A stretch of 64,000 nt of DNA from Octopus sinensis (lineage: Eukaryota), in assembly GCF_006345805.1 (NCBI RefSeq), contig NC_043020.1:31124001-31188000 (forward strand), in the 5' to 3' direction. The position numbers were made by a program, and so were the translations under genes. Positions 1 to 14,094 of this stretch are shown here, piece by piece (position 1 is the first letter of the stretch; each line of letters begins with the position of its first letter). Below the pieces are notes generated by a model. The model did not search any database and had not been told where the DNA came from. It saw only the letters and a list, made by a program, of their open reading frames with translations.

Positions 1-31
1 TGTGGAAAATGAGGGAGTGTTGCTTTTTATG

Positions 32-130
32 TGTTTAATTTGTGGGAGGAAATGCTTGAGTTGTGCAGACCTGATCAGCCATCAGAGAACTCACAGGAGT
101 CAACCCATTGTAAATTGTGATATGGCTATA
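32..130 (+). mobile_element. Degenerate RTE-type LINE 3' end with a single C2H2 finger
   Basis: CLICGRKCLSCADLISHQRTH (C-x2-C-x12-H-x3-H), same signature as the RTE-terminal fingers at 12489 and 39028. Confidence 0.45.
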
Positions 131-1184
131 GTACACAACAGAGCATGTGCAACCCTGTGGAAAGGTGTGCCTTTCAGATATGTGTGTTTAACTCTGAAAG
201 GCTCTGAAATGATGCATCCTCAAGAAAAACAAATTTGAATTTCAAAATCTGCATCCCAAAGAGAATGTTGTCTGTAAATAATAATATAAAAATATAAATT
301 TCAATGAGAAATAATTTGACTTTTAGATCTGCAAATCTCACACTATCTATCTATCACCATCAATCCATATCTCTTTATATATTCATCACACACTTTGTCA
401 CTCTCTCTCTCTCCCCATATATGTGCATTATCCTTCACACATTGCTTTCAATTTGTTTAAAACTTCATCTACTAATGTTTACTTTTATTCTATGACAGCT
501 ATCATGTACAAATCCTGTTTTCTGATTGGGTAAAAATGATCAAACGTTAAACCTTTGTAATATTTTTCTAAAATTTTTCTGCAGTAAATAAATCACATAC
601 TTGGATTCAGTATGAAAATGTACATCAATATACGAAAATTTGAGAATTTCCAATTAATTTTAAAATTTCTAAATCTGCAGCAGCAACAGAAAAGATCTCT
701 CTCTTTCCATTTTTCCGTCTCTTTCATTTTCTCATGATATATTTTCTCATTCTCTATAACGCATATCATTCATGCTTAGTGCATGTGTTTGTTAGTGTGT
801 GTGTGTGTAAGGAATTTCATTAGAGTGACACTGATTTTAAAAAGGTATGTAAAAGATAATTTATTTTAATAGCATATAGTATATGTTTTTCTTACACACA
901 CGCACACACACACACTCACCTGGTGCAGTTTGTGGGGAGGTTTAAAAATTTAATTACAAATTTTGTTTTGTTGTTGATTATATCCCAGTAATGGACCATT
1001 GCATCATCATTCCATAAAATGTGTTTATGTGGAGAAAAATATTGAAAAACATCAGCATATGTCAGGGTGACAAAAAAAAAATTAGGAAGATATCAAGTGG
1101 TCATGAGATCTGCTAGAAACAGCTACATCTCCCTTAAACCTCTCAACTTTACATCTGAAAATTATTTTGATATTGTATGGTTAT

Positions 1185-2920
1185 CTGGTGGGTGATGTGG
1201 AAACTGGGGATTGATGAGTGCTTAACAAGAACTGAACAGGCCTTGTAAAGGGATGTTGTCAGTAAAGTAAGGGCTGGCAATGAGTATAGCGAAGAAATCC
1301 GGGTAGATGTAGGGGTTCACCAAGGATCAGCCCCCAGCCCCCTCCTATTCATCATAGTCCTCCAGACAATAACAGAGGAATTCAAGACAGGCTGCTCCTA
1401 GGATCTCCTCTCTGCTGATGACCTTGCTCTCATAGCAGAACCACTACCAGAACTAGAGAAGAAATTTCAGGTGTGGAAGTAAGGTTTAGAATTGAAGAGC
1501 CTTAGAGTCAATGTTGCAAAAAACAAAGTCCTAGTAAGGCAAACACATCACAAACCCCTTCAGGTAGACAGCCCTGCTCGATCTGTAGAAAAGGTGTAGG
1601 TAGAAACTCCTAAGATGTACCCAGTATAAGCTATGGACACATAAGAAGTGCAACAACATCAAAGGAAGGTTAACTGGGAAGATAGCTTTTGTGTGTGGCA
1701 GATGCACAGGGGCAATAAACACCACAGATGCTCAGAAAACTGGCTGCATCACATGCCAGTGAGAGAAACTAGTAGTAGTTGATAGCTTCCACTACCTAGG
1801 TGACCAAGTCTGTAGTGGGTGGGGGGATGCTCAGAGAGCATTGCCACTAGAATAAGAATAGCCTGGACAAAGTTCAGAGAGCCCTTACCTCTACTGGTGA
1901 CAAAGGGCCCCTTGCTCAGAGTGAAAGGTAGACTGTACAATGCATGTGTGCAAACTGCCATGCTACATAGCAGTGAAACATGGGCTGTGACTGTTGAAGA
2001 CATGCATAGTCTCGAAAGAAATGAAGCTAGTATGATCCACTGGATGTGTAATGTCAGTATGCACACATGACAGAGTGTAAGCACCCTGAGAGAAATGTTG
2101 GACACAAGAAGCATCAGAAGTGGTGTGCATGAGAGACGTCTGCATTTGTATGGTCATGTGATGCATTGTGATGAAGAGAGGTGTGTGAAGTGTTGATCTC
2201 TAACAGTGGAAGGAACCTGTGGAAGAGGGAGACCCAGGAAAATGAAATGGTGAAGCATGACCTTCAAGTGTTGGGCCTCACAGAGGCAATGACAAAAGAC
2301 TGAGACCTCTGGTGATATGCTGTGATTGAGAAGACCTGGCAAGTAAAGTGACATCACAGCCATAGCCTACACCAGTGTCACATAACCAGCCCATTTAAAA
2401 AGTACCTTTGAATCATCAGGCGACATTCCATGCTTGAGGAGACCTATTGAGTCAAGTAAATGCAAATCAAATCAAATCACAATCAAATGGAAATTGTAAT
2501 TGTGGCCATTATCACTGCTGGTGGCATGCGATAAGAACCATTCATTCATGCGTGGGACACTGCCAGATCTGCCTGACTAGTTCCCTGTGCCAGTGGCACA
2601 TAAAAAGCACCATCCGTATGTGGTCGATGCCAGCCCCCACCCCATCCCGTCCTGACTTGCTCCTGTGCTGGTGGCACATAAAAAGCACCATCCTAATATG
2701 GCTGATGCAAGTGCCACCTGACTGGCTCCCATGCCGGTGGCATGTAAAAAGCACCTGCTACACTCTCAGAGTAGTTGGCATTAGGAAGGGCATCCAGCTG
2801 TAGAAACATTGCCAGATCAGACTGGAGCCTGGTGTGGCCTCCTGGCTTGCAAGTTTCCAGTAAAACCGTCCAACTCATGCCAGCATGGAAAACAAACATT
2901 AAACGATGATGATGACGATG
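1185..2920 (+). mobile_element. RTE-clade LINE, 5'-truncated and degenerate, with 3' UTR and (GAT)n tail
   Basis: RT motifs VGVHQGSA.SPLLFIIVL, LLSADDLALIAE and HSSETWAV with stops/frameshifts. The 3' UTR ends gatgatgatgacgatg. Confidence 0.9.
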
Positions 2921-3159
2921 TTATTTAAATATCCTAGAAACCATGTTAAAGATATAGAATAAGATATTTTTCAAATTATGGAAATGTAGCACTGGTGGTG
3001 CATATAGAAGTTGTAAGAAGCTTGTGATGAACCAACTATGCTACATGTTAATGTTAATCACACAGGTTTTTGAAAGAACAGAGTAACAAAAATGCAAATG
3101 TCATCAACTCACTGAAGCAGCGGTAAGTATGCGATATCATTCACAGACACAAATATACA

Positions 3160-3490
3160 TTGTCATCATCATCATCATCATTATCATCATCATATGTTTG
3201 CTTTCCATGCTGGCATGGCTTGGATGATTCAACAGAATCCTATGCTGGAGGACCATATCTAGTTTGAACATCTCAGTTTTAGCTTGGTTTTTATTGCTGG
3301 ATGTCCTTCCTAACACTAACCACTTTACAGAATGTATTAGGTATATTTGTGCATGACACCAGCACTAGAGAAGTTGCCTTACTCTTGACAAGACAAAAGA
3401 GTCTTCTCAAACCCTGCATTGTCTCTCCTCAATAACCTAGTAACTTTACAGAGTATACAGGGTACCTTTTCATAGCTTTAGTACTATTGA
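3160..3490 (-). mobile_element. RTE 3' UTR fragments
   Basis: (CAT)n followed by tttccatgctggcatgg and ggatgtccttcctaacac, homologous to 33543-33700. Confidence 0.7.
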
Positions 3491-3750
3491 GGTGACCTTA
3501 TAAACCACAATGCAAAAGAGACTCCACCACTGAAAGAGAGGAGAGACTTTAGATGAGGTGTCGGGAGAAGCTACAGTATGCTGGGTAATACAGATTTATT
3601 GCTGTGAAAGGATAGCATTAGAGAAAATAGCAATATGATGAGAGGAGCAAACTTTTTGTTGTGATATGGAGAGATTAACAGAGAATGCAGGCAAGGAGGA
3701 GGAAGAAGTAAAGCACATTCTCAAAGTAACACAAATAAAATATTACTCAC

Positions 3751-3958
3751 GATGTTTTAAATCCACTACTTGGAATGAATTCCTTTCCCAGATTTTTCTT
3801 AGACTCTTTCTGTCTGTATTGGCGTGCCAACCTTACTGGATCACAATAAGCTTCCCCATCCATGACACGGGAAAATGTTTCCGTGAAATAACCAGCTTGT
3901 GTAGCAGATATTTTTTTCTCACCAGGAACATAAAAATTTTTACCTTTTATGCGTGGAC
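3751..3958 (-). CDS. CFAP96: CFAP96/C4orf47 second coding exon, (G)PRIKGKNFYVPGEKKISATQAGYFTETFSRVMDGEAYCDPVRLARQYRQKESKKNLGKEFIPSSGFKTS
   Basis: Part of ORF 3747..4016(-). Resembles the recalled human LQAGYFDPHFVRIFEGEGY...AAKKNLGKAFLPSNGEKKP. Acceptor tttcaaAG at 3960-3959, donor TC|GTGAGT at 3751/3750. The phase 1 start is compatible with the upstream exon. Later exons probably lie left of the window. Confidence 0.85.
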
Positions 3959-3984
3959 CTTTGAAACAGAAGTAGGATAAAGAC

Positions 3985-4385
3985 AATAATAATAATAATA
4001 ATGATGGTGATTTCAAATTTTGGCACAGGGTTAGCAGTTATGTGGGGAGAAGATTAGTCATTTGCATTGACCCCAGTTCTCAAATGGTACTTATTTTTAT
4101 CAACACTGAAAGAAGTGACGCAAACTCAGAATGAGAAGAGTTGGAAGAAATATTGCTAAGCATTTTGTCTGACACACTTACAATTCTGCCAGCTCTCCAC
4201 CTAAATAATGATAATAATAATAATCCTTTCTTCTGTAGGAAAAAGGCCTGAAAATTTTATGGGAGGGGGGGCTAGTTGGTTTCATTGACCCCAGTGCTTA
4301 ACTAGTACTTCCTTTAGCAACTCCAAAGAAGAAATACCATTAAACATTTTGTGTGGCATGCTAACAATTCTACCAGTTCACCACT
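3985..4385 (-). mobile_element. Two degenerate tRNA-derived SINE fragments
   Basis: Share tgaccccagt...gtactt and ttctgccagctc with the SINE at 17881-18110. Confidence 0.65.
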
Positions 4386-4429
4386 AATTAATATTAATAT
4401 AACAACAACAACAATAATAATAATGTTAC

Positions 4430-5400
4430 TGTTGTGTTGAAGAAGAAACATGCTTAGGTACAAGGTAGGAAGAGGCTTCATAAGATGAAAGATCTTTGTT
4501 GTGAATGAGAAAAACAGTTTGGGATGGTACATCAAACAGCAGATTGAACCCTTGCTTGTTGCATGTTTGAAATAGCAACATGATACCCACCAAAAAATGT
4601 GACACATTCAAAGACATTTAAGAAACAAGATGAAGAACAAAAATTAAATAATTGGAAAATGAAAACAATGCATGGGTAATACTTCAGATAAATTTAAGGT
4701 CATTGGCAAGACCAACACTTGGAGGTGGCTAAGGAAAAGTGATCTGAAAGGATGCACTGAGGCATTGATATGCAACATTCAGGAAGAAGCTCTGAGAACT
4801 AATTATACCAAGCTCGAAATAGATAAGAGCAGTGAATTTCCCCTTTGTAGGATGTTTGACAACAAAAACGAAACAATACCACATGTTGTGAGTAGGTGTA
4901 GCAAATTGGCCCCAAAAGAATACAAAACGTGGCATAATAACATGGCTAAGTTTGTTCACTGGAGATTGTGTGTAAAATATAGTCTTGGAAAAACATGGAA
5001 ATGGTGTAAACATGAGCCAAAAGACATCTCTAAGAATACTGAATATAATATCTTGTGTGATTTTACAATCCACTGTAACTCTCTAATAGATGCTCAAAGA
5101 TCAGACATTGCTGTAGTGAATAAAAGGGAAAAGAAAACTAAGATTATAGATATTGTCATACCAAGGGATGCACACGAGCTAGAAAAGGGTGAAAAAATGC
5201 AAGTTACTAAAAGATAAAATTACAAGACAATGGGCAATGAAGAGAATAACTATCATGATGTAGTCACAGGGGTACTAAGAGCACTAACAATGAAGTCTGA
5301 GAAATATGTCAGAGAAATTGGAATTGACATGAAGGTAGAGCATGCTCAAAAACTGCTCTACTCGGGACAGTGAAGATTTTGAGATTGCTATTTGGGAGTT
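4430..5400 (+). mobile_element. R4/Dong-clade non-LTR element, C-terminal part (CCHC-like knuckle plus restriction-like endonuclease)
   Basis: NSLGWYIKQ, KTMHG, CRMF..KNETIPHVVSRCSKLAPKEYKTWHN, RSDIAVVNK..KIIDIVIP, KTALLGTVKIL. Starts next to an (AAC/AAT)n tract. Confidence 0.85.
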
Positions 5401-6269
5401 CTATAAAAAATACCTTCCTTCAGATGTGCCACCACAGCAACAAGTGCCTGAAAATGTAAACATATGGACTGCAATGCCTCTATACAAAAACTGCAAACCT
5501 GTGAATGAAATTTTGATAACATTAATCACATATGCATTCATTCATATCTATACAAATACTTTATATATATGCACATTACTGTTTGTTCTTGGTCTCTCAC
5601 TTATCCATCAATAATAATTATAAATACGTAAGAAACTTCAGCACATATCCATGGGCAGTATTCAGTCAAAAAGTAAATGCTGTGAAGCAGATCTGTCTCT
5701 CCATGTCACTGCCCAAACGAATAACAAAATAAAAAAAAAGTAGAACGATGGGCAGATACTGTGAAATGGTCTATTATTTACACACACTGCTATGCAACAC
5801 TTCTCCAAAAACATACAGGCATAAACTCATACTGTAAATACCCAATAAATTAAACAAAGCCCACAACGTGTACCATAGAAGTCTGATAACCAACAGAAGA
5901 ACAGAACCTGCACTGCACAAACAACACACAATACAAAAACTAATACAACAAAAGACTAAAACCAAACCCCATAACAAAACATTCTGATGCAATATTTTTC
6001 AAAAGGATAAAATAAAATTCAGCACACACCTCACCAGCACAAAAGGGCAGCAAATGATGCAATAGAACGTTATTTGAAACTCAAATGTCAAAAAATAATA
6101 GTGGTAATGATGATGGTGACAAATGTTACCTTACCTCAGTTTATGAGAGATGAGTGTTTGTCAAGAAACTCTGGTTGTAACAGCGAAAATGAAGTTGGAC
6201 CTTTAAGGAAAGGCCTCTCCCTTTGCAGTGGTTCAATAAAGATGCAGACTGACTACAGCTGATATCCTA

Positions 6270-7675
6270 ATACAATATTAGCAGATAATAAAGCAAGGAG
6301 GACAAAGTAGACTAGTGAAGAAAACAGGATAGTGATGCAATACTACATAGAAAGTGAATTAGAATGAAAGGGATATAGAAAATGGATGTAAACACTTTGA
6401 GTAGAGAAGGCTATGTTTAAAGTGATTGAGCAGAGACTAGTAGATCAAGATAAGGCTATTAATAGAAGCGAGTGGATGTCAGAATTGGAGGTGGAGGATA
6501 TCACAAGAGAACTGGGAAAGAAAGACCAGGCAGTAGGAAAGACAAACAACATAAGAGGTACAATTCAAACCAAAGAAGAACCAAAAGAAAAAAAATAATA
6601 ATAGCACTACCAACAAGGAAGAGACAACTGGCACTAGAGATTTAAGTGATTTAAGTGAGAAAGACCAGAAGATTTTAGAAGAATTGCAAGAAGCAATGAG
6701 TAAGAAAATGATTACTAGTATTAAAAGGCACCAACAGAAGGAAGCTGTAAGAAATGACCAGAAAAATAGATTCTGTTATCAGTAAGATAGATACTAAAAA
6801 TATAGGAGAGACTAACTTACTGATCTATGTAAGAGGGCTAATAGTTACTAGTAGATTAGACATTCCACAAGGAAAGATTAGAAAAGAGCAAATGTGGAAA
6901 AGGAGATTACAAAAAGTGAAGACTTAAAGACAAGATCTGGGTTAAATAAAAGCCTCGAAACTGAACAAGTTAGGAAACACGAGATTTAAATCTTCTCTTG
7001 AGAAAAAATACTTAGTCAAAGAGAAAGGATTTGGGACAGTCATAGAAGAGTTGAAGCAGCATATCATAGCAATTGTAGGTAAGCTTTCCTGATATCGGAA
7101 AAGAATAGATCAGTATCAACAGAACAGATTATTTGAGACAGAACAAAGGAGATTTTATAACCAAATAAATAGTGAAAAAGAAAGTACTGAAGATGAGAAA
7201 TCTAATGCAGAAGAAGCTAGAAAGTTCTGGAGTTATATTTGGGACAAGCCAGTCAATCATAATGGAGATGCAGTACAGTTAAAGAAAGCGAGGGAAGAAC
7301 TAGTGAGTGAGAAGTAACCAGATCTAAAACTAACTAGTGTATTAATGTGTAAAGTGTTAGAAAAAATGCCGAATTGGAAGGTCCAGGACTAGATTTAGTT
7401 CAAGGGGACTGGCTAAAGAAATTTAGTAGCTTACAAGGGAAACTGAGGGAACAGATTCAGGATTACTTTAATGGAAGAATAATACCAGATTGGATGATTA
7501 GAGGGAGAACAGTACTTCTTATGACAGACAAAATCAAGGGTAATACAGCTAACAATTATAGACCAATCACTTGCTTGCCAGAAATACTTTCAGAAAGCAT
7601 TTACAAGCACCTTGATAGCCAGAATTTACTGCCAGAAGAACAAAAAGATTGCAGGAAGAAGGCTAGAGATATCCA
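6270..7675 (+). mobile_element. R4/Dong-clade non-LTR element, N-terminal part to start of RT
   Basis: EENRIVM..., EQRLVDQ, then NWKxPGLDLVQGDWLKKF, NYRPITCL and LLPEEQKDCRK; many stops. Confidence 0.8.
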
Positions 7676-7859
7676 CCCACTTGTTTTTCATCTGTGAATT
7701 TTTTTATTATTTTATCTAAAATAGTTATTTGTAAGTCTGTCATTGAGGTAAGTGTTGATATTGTGGATGATGTCTCCTTTAGAATTCTTTCTGATTCCAT
7801 TGATTCTGTTTGTTGTTTTCTGGACATGTTGGTGTATACATATGAAGCAGGGCCGTCTC

Positions 7860-8390
7860 CTAGAAAGGACTTATAATTTGTCTATTTTCCAACTTACTAG
7901 GAATTTGGTTTTTACTAAATTATCTCTAAGACCCTTAGATTCTAGGCCTTGCTTCCACACTTGAAATTTCTTCCCTGGGTTAGGTAATGATTCAGTTATA
8001 AGAACAATGTCATCAGCATAGAGGAGCTCCCAGAGGTAGCTAGTCTTGAGTTCCTCTGTAATGGCCAGGAGGATTATGAAAAACAGGAGAAGGCTAAGCA
8101 CCGATCCTTGATAAACTCCTACCTGTACACTGAACTCGTTAGTATATTCTTTGCCAACATTCACCTTACTGGCAGCATCCTTGTACATTGCTTGTATAGC
8201 TCTCACTAACCACCCATCTATCCCTAGCTTCCACATTGATTACTAGATAAAGGAGTAACAGAGCCTGTCAACAAAAGTCAAGTACAGTAGTTTATTTTTG
8301 GCTAAATACTTCCCCTGAAGTTGCCTTACCAGGAATATAGCATCAGTTGTATTTCTCTCAGGCACAAAACCAAACTGCAACTCACTTTAC
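7860..8390 (-). mobile_element. RTE LINE RT fragment
   Basis: ORF 7871..8236(-): VQVGVYQGSVLSLLLF, WELLYADDIVL. Confidence 0.9.
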
Positions 8391-8769
8391 AATTGATAAC
8401 TGTAACTGTACTGAAATGACTGAATATGACCTTTAAATACCTTCTGATATATATATATGCATATTATTTTTATCTTTTACTTATTTCAGTCATTGAACTG
8501 CAGCCATGGTGGGTTACTGTTGCAGAATATGTAGTGAGTGGACACAGAAGTTGGGTGTTAGGAGGACATGTTGTGGATCAGGAATTCAACAGGGACAGAT
8601 AGGTGCTTCAGGGTGATGAGGGAGAGCAGGAGATTGAGGAAAAAGGAAAACAGTGAGTGGTGGGGGAATGGAGAGGGAGTTAGGAAGATGGGTTATGAGA
8701 AAGAGGTGTCCGTGACAGATTGTGTATAGTGGCATGGATATAAAACAACATGTCATTATGACCTTGATT

Positions 8770-9015
8770 TAACTTAGCTGGGCAGGTCTTCTCAAGTATA
8801 GTAAATCATCAATCATATTTGTCTTTTGTCATCTCCTATGTAAGGTACAACATCTGAAGATCCTTTTTCACCACTTTGTCCCACATCTTCCTCTTCCACA
8901 GGTTACCTTCACATTTAGAAGTTGGCACTTCTTTATGCAGTTGTCTTTATCCATATGAATTGCATAACCACACCAACACAGTCTTCTCTCTTGTACACTG
9001 ACATTGTATGTCTAG
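8770..9015 (-). mobile_element. RTE LINE ORF C-terminal fragment
   Basis: Homologous to 34010-34260. Confidence 0.7.
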
Positions 9016-9469
9016 TGAAGTAGGATGGCTTCACAAAGTAAGCACATGTTTATAAATATAAAATAATGCATTCTGCACTTTCCTCATCATCCAATAATTC
9101 TCTATTTTTAAACATCTTCCAAGAAATGTTGCCATCTCTGTCTTACATACTGTTTAGCTAAATTAACAGGACAAGAAATATTGATATGAAATAACCCCCA
9201 AAATGTAACATAATCTAATTAGAAGGAGAAATATATTGTTTGTTGTCAAACTACAGCATCAGCAGCAACAACAACAACTATAACAAGACTGCTGCTGTAA
9301 TTGTTACTGTTGTTAAATAGTTATAATTTGTTCTGCTCCAGCAGGTTTGCTGGCGCCATATGCAACTAATAGACCAAATTCATGACAGTATTTCCATCAA
9401 TTTCACATATCACAAGTAATCAGTTGAGTATTTTGACCACCTGCACTGCCAATACTTTACAATATTTAT

Positions 9470-9750
9470 CATCATCATTATCATCATTTAACGTCTGCCT
9501 TCCATGCTGGAATGGGTTGGACAGTTTGACAGGAGCCAGCCAGGCAGAAGACTGCATAGTTTTTATGGCATAGTTTTTATGGCTGGATGCCCTTCCTAAC
9601 ACCAATCACTCTGCAGAGTGGACTGAGTGCTTTTTATGTGGGACCAGCACAGACGAGGTCAGTCGTGGCATGGTTTTTACCACTGGATGCCCTTCCAAAT
9701 GCCAACCACTTCACATTGTATTCTGAATGGTTTTTATGTGGCACCAGCAC
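9470..9750 (-). mobile_element. RTE 3' UTR fragment
   Basis: catcatcatttaacgtctgccttccatgctgg and ggctggatgcccttcctaac; homologous to 33543-33720. Confidence 0.8.
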
Positions 9751-10491
9751 TGGCAAGACAAGGAACCTTGGAGGAAATGATCTTGTGTCAGATGATGAAA
9801 GGTTAGAGTGGAACAGAGAGATAAAAACAGATGTCTTGCTGTAGAGCTCTCTCTCTCTTTGTATATATATATATATTAGAAGGTTTAGAGATGATGTTCA
9901 GGTATTATATATTAGAAGAATAAGGTACTCAGAAATCTAGATGGTATTATATTTACAGATATTTATTAATATGTCACATGTTTTTATAAATCATATATTA
10001 GCGCTTGCATCCACTCTAGTAGAGTCTTCAGATTGAACTTTTTCAGAAAATTTGTCTCTTTTTATAGAATTATTGAGTGTGTAGGGGTGGAGAGAGATAT
10101 AAGATAGTACAAGAGGGTGAAGAATGGAGAGAAAGTGAGAGAGTACATGTGTGCGTGTGCGCGTGTGCTTTTGTATCTGAAGGAAGTGTCAATGGAAAAG
10201 AGAAGGAAAGGAAGAAGGAAGAGAGAAAGAAGAAAACTATGTACTTGTGAGCGCGCGCATGTAAGCTAATTAAGTGGAAGGTTGTTATAGAGACCCCTAA
10301 TTCAATTCTTGCTATTATGAATCGGAAGTCCCTTGATGCAAAAGCATTTCCAAAGGACTGGATTTTACTACGTTCATTGGAGAAGACGATTACCGTTTCC
10401 ATTCCTCTAATTAGCACACATACGCACGTACATACACATCTAGCAACAGACTCTCGGACATGGATTTCTGACGATTGCCATCTAAGTTATA

Positions 10492-11120
10492 GGATCCGCT
10501 CTTGACCACCCCCCATCAAATCCTGCCATTAGATCCCAGGATGACTGGACGATATAGGATAGTTGAATGTCATTTCTGTTAATGACCTGACTCAAAGCAA
10601 TTACATTCTAAGAGACATTTATGTCATATCGAATGACACGAATTCAACGATCCAATTCCTGACGTCTGTAAGACTGATTCACAATTCTTCCGAGTGTTGT
10701 AATCAGCCTATGTTCCTTTCGACGTGGCATCGAGTACCCGAAGGAAGAATGTGGAGGTGTTCTATTTTTCATCGATATCGGAGCATTAGACAGGATTCGT
10801 TTTTCTGGGTGCTCGTCTACTGTTGACTCTCCTGTTAGAGTTGATGTATTACTGAGCCGAGATAGATTGCAAACAGTGTGTTGGAATAAGGCAAGTTGGA
10901 ATTGCATCGGAAGCAATTGTTAACTGGTACAATTACTTTCACGATGTTTGTGCTATATGGAGGATTGACAATTCTGTGCAACCTGGAGGGTACGATGCTG
11001 TTGTGGAAATTGATGAATCCAAGTTCATGCACAAGAAGTATTATCGTGATCATTATCGGCAAGGCCGCTCGGTTCTTGGAATGATCGAACGCAGTAGTCT
11101 GAAATGTGTTTTAGTTCCTT
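10492..11120 (+). mobile_element. Merlin (IS1595/ISXO2-like) DDE transposon, 5' part, pseudogenised
   Basis: CCNQPM...WRCS...SIRQDSFF, then VVEIDESKFMHKKYYR...GRSVLGMIERSSLKC. Candidate left TIR GGATCCGCTCTTGACCAC at 10492. Confidence 0.85.
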
Positions 11121-11651
11121 CCAAGACATGCGCAAGCATATACAGACACACAGACACAGACACAGACACACACACACACACCACACACACATACACACTA
11201 ATACACACATGTACACCCACTATCTTTCATATACACGTACATTTCATATACATATACATACATCATTCACTTTCTCCTCTGACTTCAAAGTGAATGTCGC
11301 CTTCCACACTTCATGAAAACAAAAGTAAAAAATAAAAGATTTTTATGGAAATTAACGAACAGTCTAACTGTTCTATAACAGTCATGCTGCTATAGGTAGA
11401 AGAAAAATCAAAAACATTCTACAAAAATTGGATTCTACCATTACAATATTGCGTACATCAGATTTGTATCACTTTTATTTTATTTCAAAGGAAACAATTC
11501 TTTCACTTCTCCGGTCGAGTTTCCGACAAAAGCCAATCTTCGCAGATTTCAGTAGTTTCACTTTCTGACGTATAAAACGAAACATTGCTCAAGATTGTAT
11601 AAGTAATTATTCTCCCTCTGTCTCCCACTTGGTAAATTCTGCTGATTAAAA

Positions 11652-12632
<981 letters not shown>

Positions 12633-12827
12633 TATATATATATATATATATATTAAAATATAATGTTTGCTAGATAGACCACGTGGGTGGAAGGGGAGTG
12701 CAGAGATTTACGCCTGCGCATTTTGAATTTGTTGATACTGTTAGTTGGAGTGGTTCATCTGAAGCGACAAGTTCGTTGATAGGTAAAGTTCCTTCTTTTT
12801 AGTGTTTCCAAATCCAAATTAAGAAAT

Positions 12828-12890
12828 TTTGAGCTGACGAAAGAAATGCTGATTTTATTTGGCTAATCTTGAAACGTTGACGTACTCAAA
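12828..12890 (+). ncRNA. Type I hammerhead ribozyme motif (Penelope/retrozyme-type)
   Basis: Stem I TTTGAG/CTCAAA; core CTGACGA 12834-40; stem II AAGA/TCTT extended by GCTGA/TTGGC; GAAA 12871-74; stem III ACGT-TG-ACGT; cleavage triplet GTA 12882-84. Confidence 0.8.
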
Positions 12891-13071
12891 CGATCTATGT
12901 ACTTGTGATATTTTTCTGTATTTACCTCCAAACCTTCGTGAGCTGTCTGGAGTAAGCATTATCTGAGAGAAATTTTCTTTAAGTAGTAGAAATGGCTAAA
13001 AAATTTTTTTTGGCTGCTATTTCTACTAAGTTCAGTATGTGGCAAAGTAATTTATTTTACTAAGCCCTAAT

Positions 13072-13116
<45 letters not shown>

Positions 13117-13120
<4 letters not shown>

Positions 13121-13398
13121 ACGTGATCACGTGACCGACCAGACCATCAGATGTTGCTACACATCGCTGGTCACAACGCGTTCGCATTGTTTTAGCCTTC
13201 GAATGACGCCACCCCGCTGTCTAAGCGAGCAGGCCAACAGAAGAAAGAGTACAGCAGGGATCACCACCCCCTGCCGGAGCCTCGTGGAGCTTTTATGTGT
13301 TTTTGCTCAATAAACACTCACAACACCCGGTCTGGGAATCGAAACCGCGATCCTACGACCACGAATCCGCTGCCCTAACCACTGGGCCATTGCGCCTC
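13117..13398 (-). mobile_element. tRNA-derived SINE
   Basis: Minus strand ggcgcaaTGGCCCAGTGGttaggg...gGTTTCGATTCCcag (A and B boxes) followed by a non-tRNA body. Confidence 0.85.
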
Positions 13399-13569
13399 TA
13401 CACACACACACACACACATACACACACAAACTTTTTCAGCTATCATGTTCTCACAGCATGAAACTAATCGCTCGAATTCAAATCCTGTGTATATGTATAT
13501 ACTTATTTGTCACTGAAATGAGTACTTCTTCTTGTTGATCCCACAAATAATGGAAAGATAATTTACACA

Positions 13570-14065
13570 CACACAAACAAGTGAACGAAAACAGCCGAAA
13601 TATTTGGGTGTATCAAGAAGTACTATCTCGAAAGTAATTACAGCATTTGAGAAAGAGGGGAAAACCTCCTCATCGAAACAAAACTCCGGAAGAAGACCAA
13701 ATCTTTCAGATAGGGACAGTCAGACTCTTATGCGAATTGTTAGAAAGGATCACAATAATGACCACCTCCAGAACCCAGTTTACACAAAAACTGCTCGCCG
13801 GGAGTTGCACAAAGGCGGATTTCACGGGAGGACTGCAATCAGAAAACCACTACTTTCAAAAACAAAAGTTGCAAAGTATTTAGAGTGGAGTAAAAACCTA
13901 CAGAGTTGGTCCCTAGAGCAGTGGAAGAATGTTCTTTTCTCAGACGAGTCATCCTTTACCTGAATTTCCGACCACCAGCCGAGTATACGTGTGGAGACAG
14001 CCAAAAGAAGCATTTAACTCAGACTGCCTTCTTCCAACTGTTAAACACAGAGGAGGCTACAGTTC
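13570..14065 (+). mobile_element. Tc1-family transposase fragment
   Basis: GVSRSTISKV, SGRRPNLSDRD, RKPLLSK, WKNVLFSDESSF; after a frameshift, RVYVWRQPKE...LPTVKHRGG. Confidence 0.9.
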
Positions 14066-14094
14066 TATATTCAAGAGATGATGAATTATTTACA

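Noticed and set aside
32-94. Host C2H2-ZNF gene
   Set aside because: A single finger with no TGEKP linker and an RTE-terminal signature.
920-1110. Third CFAP96 exon ending at the strong donor CAG|GTGAGT (920/919, minus strand)
   Set aside because: No frame matches the expected GSYYGTIG...NLYTNP segment, and there is no suitable acceptor.
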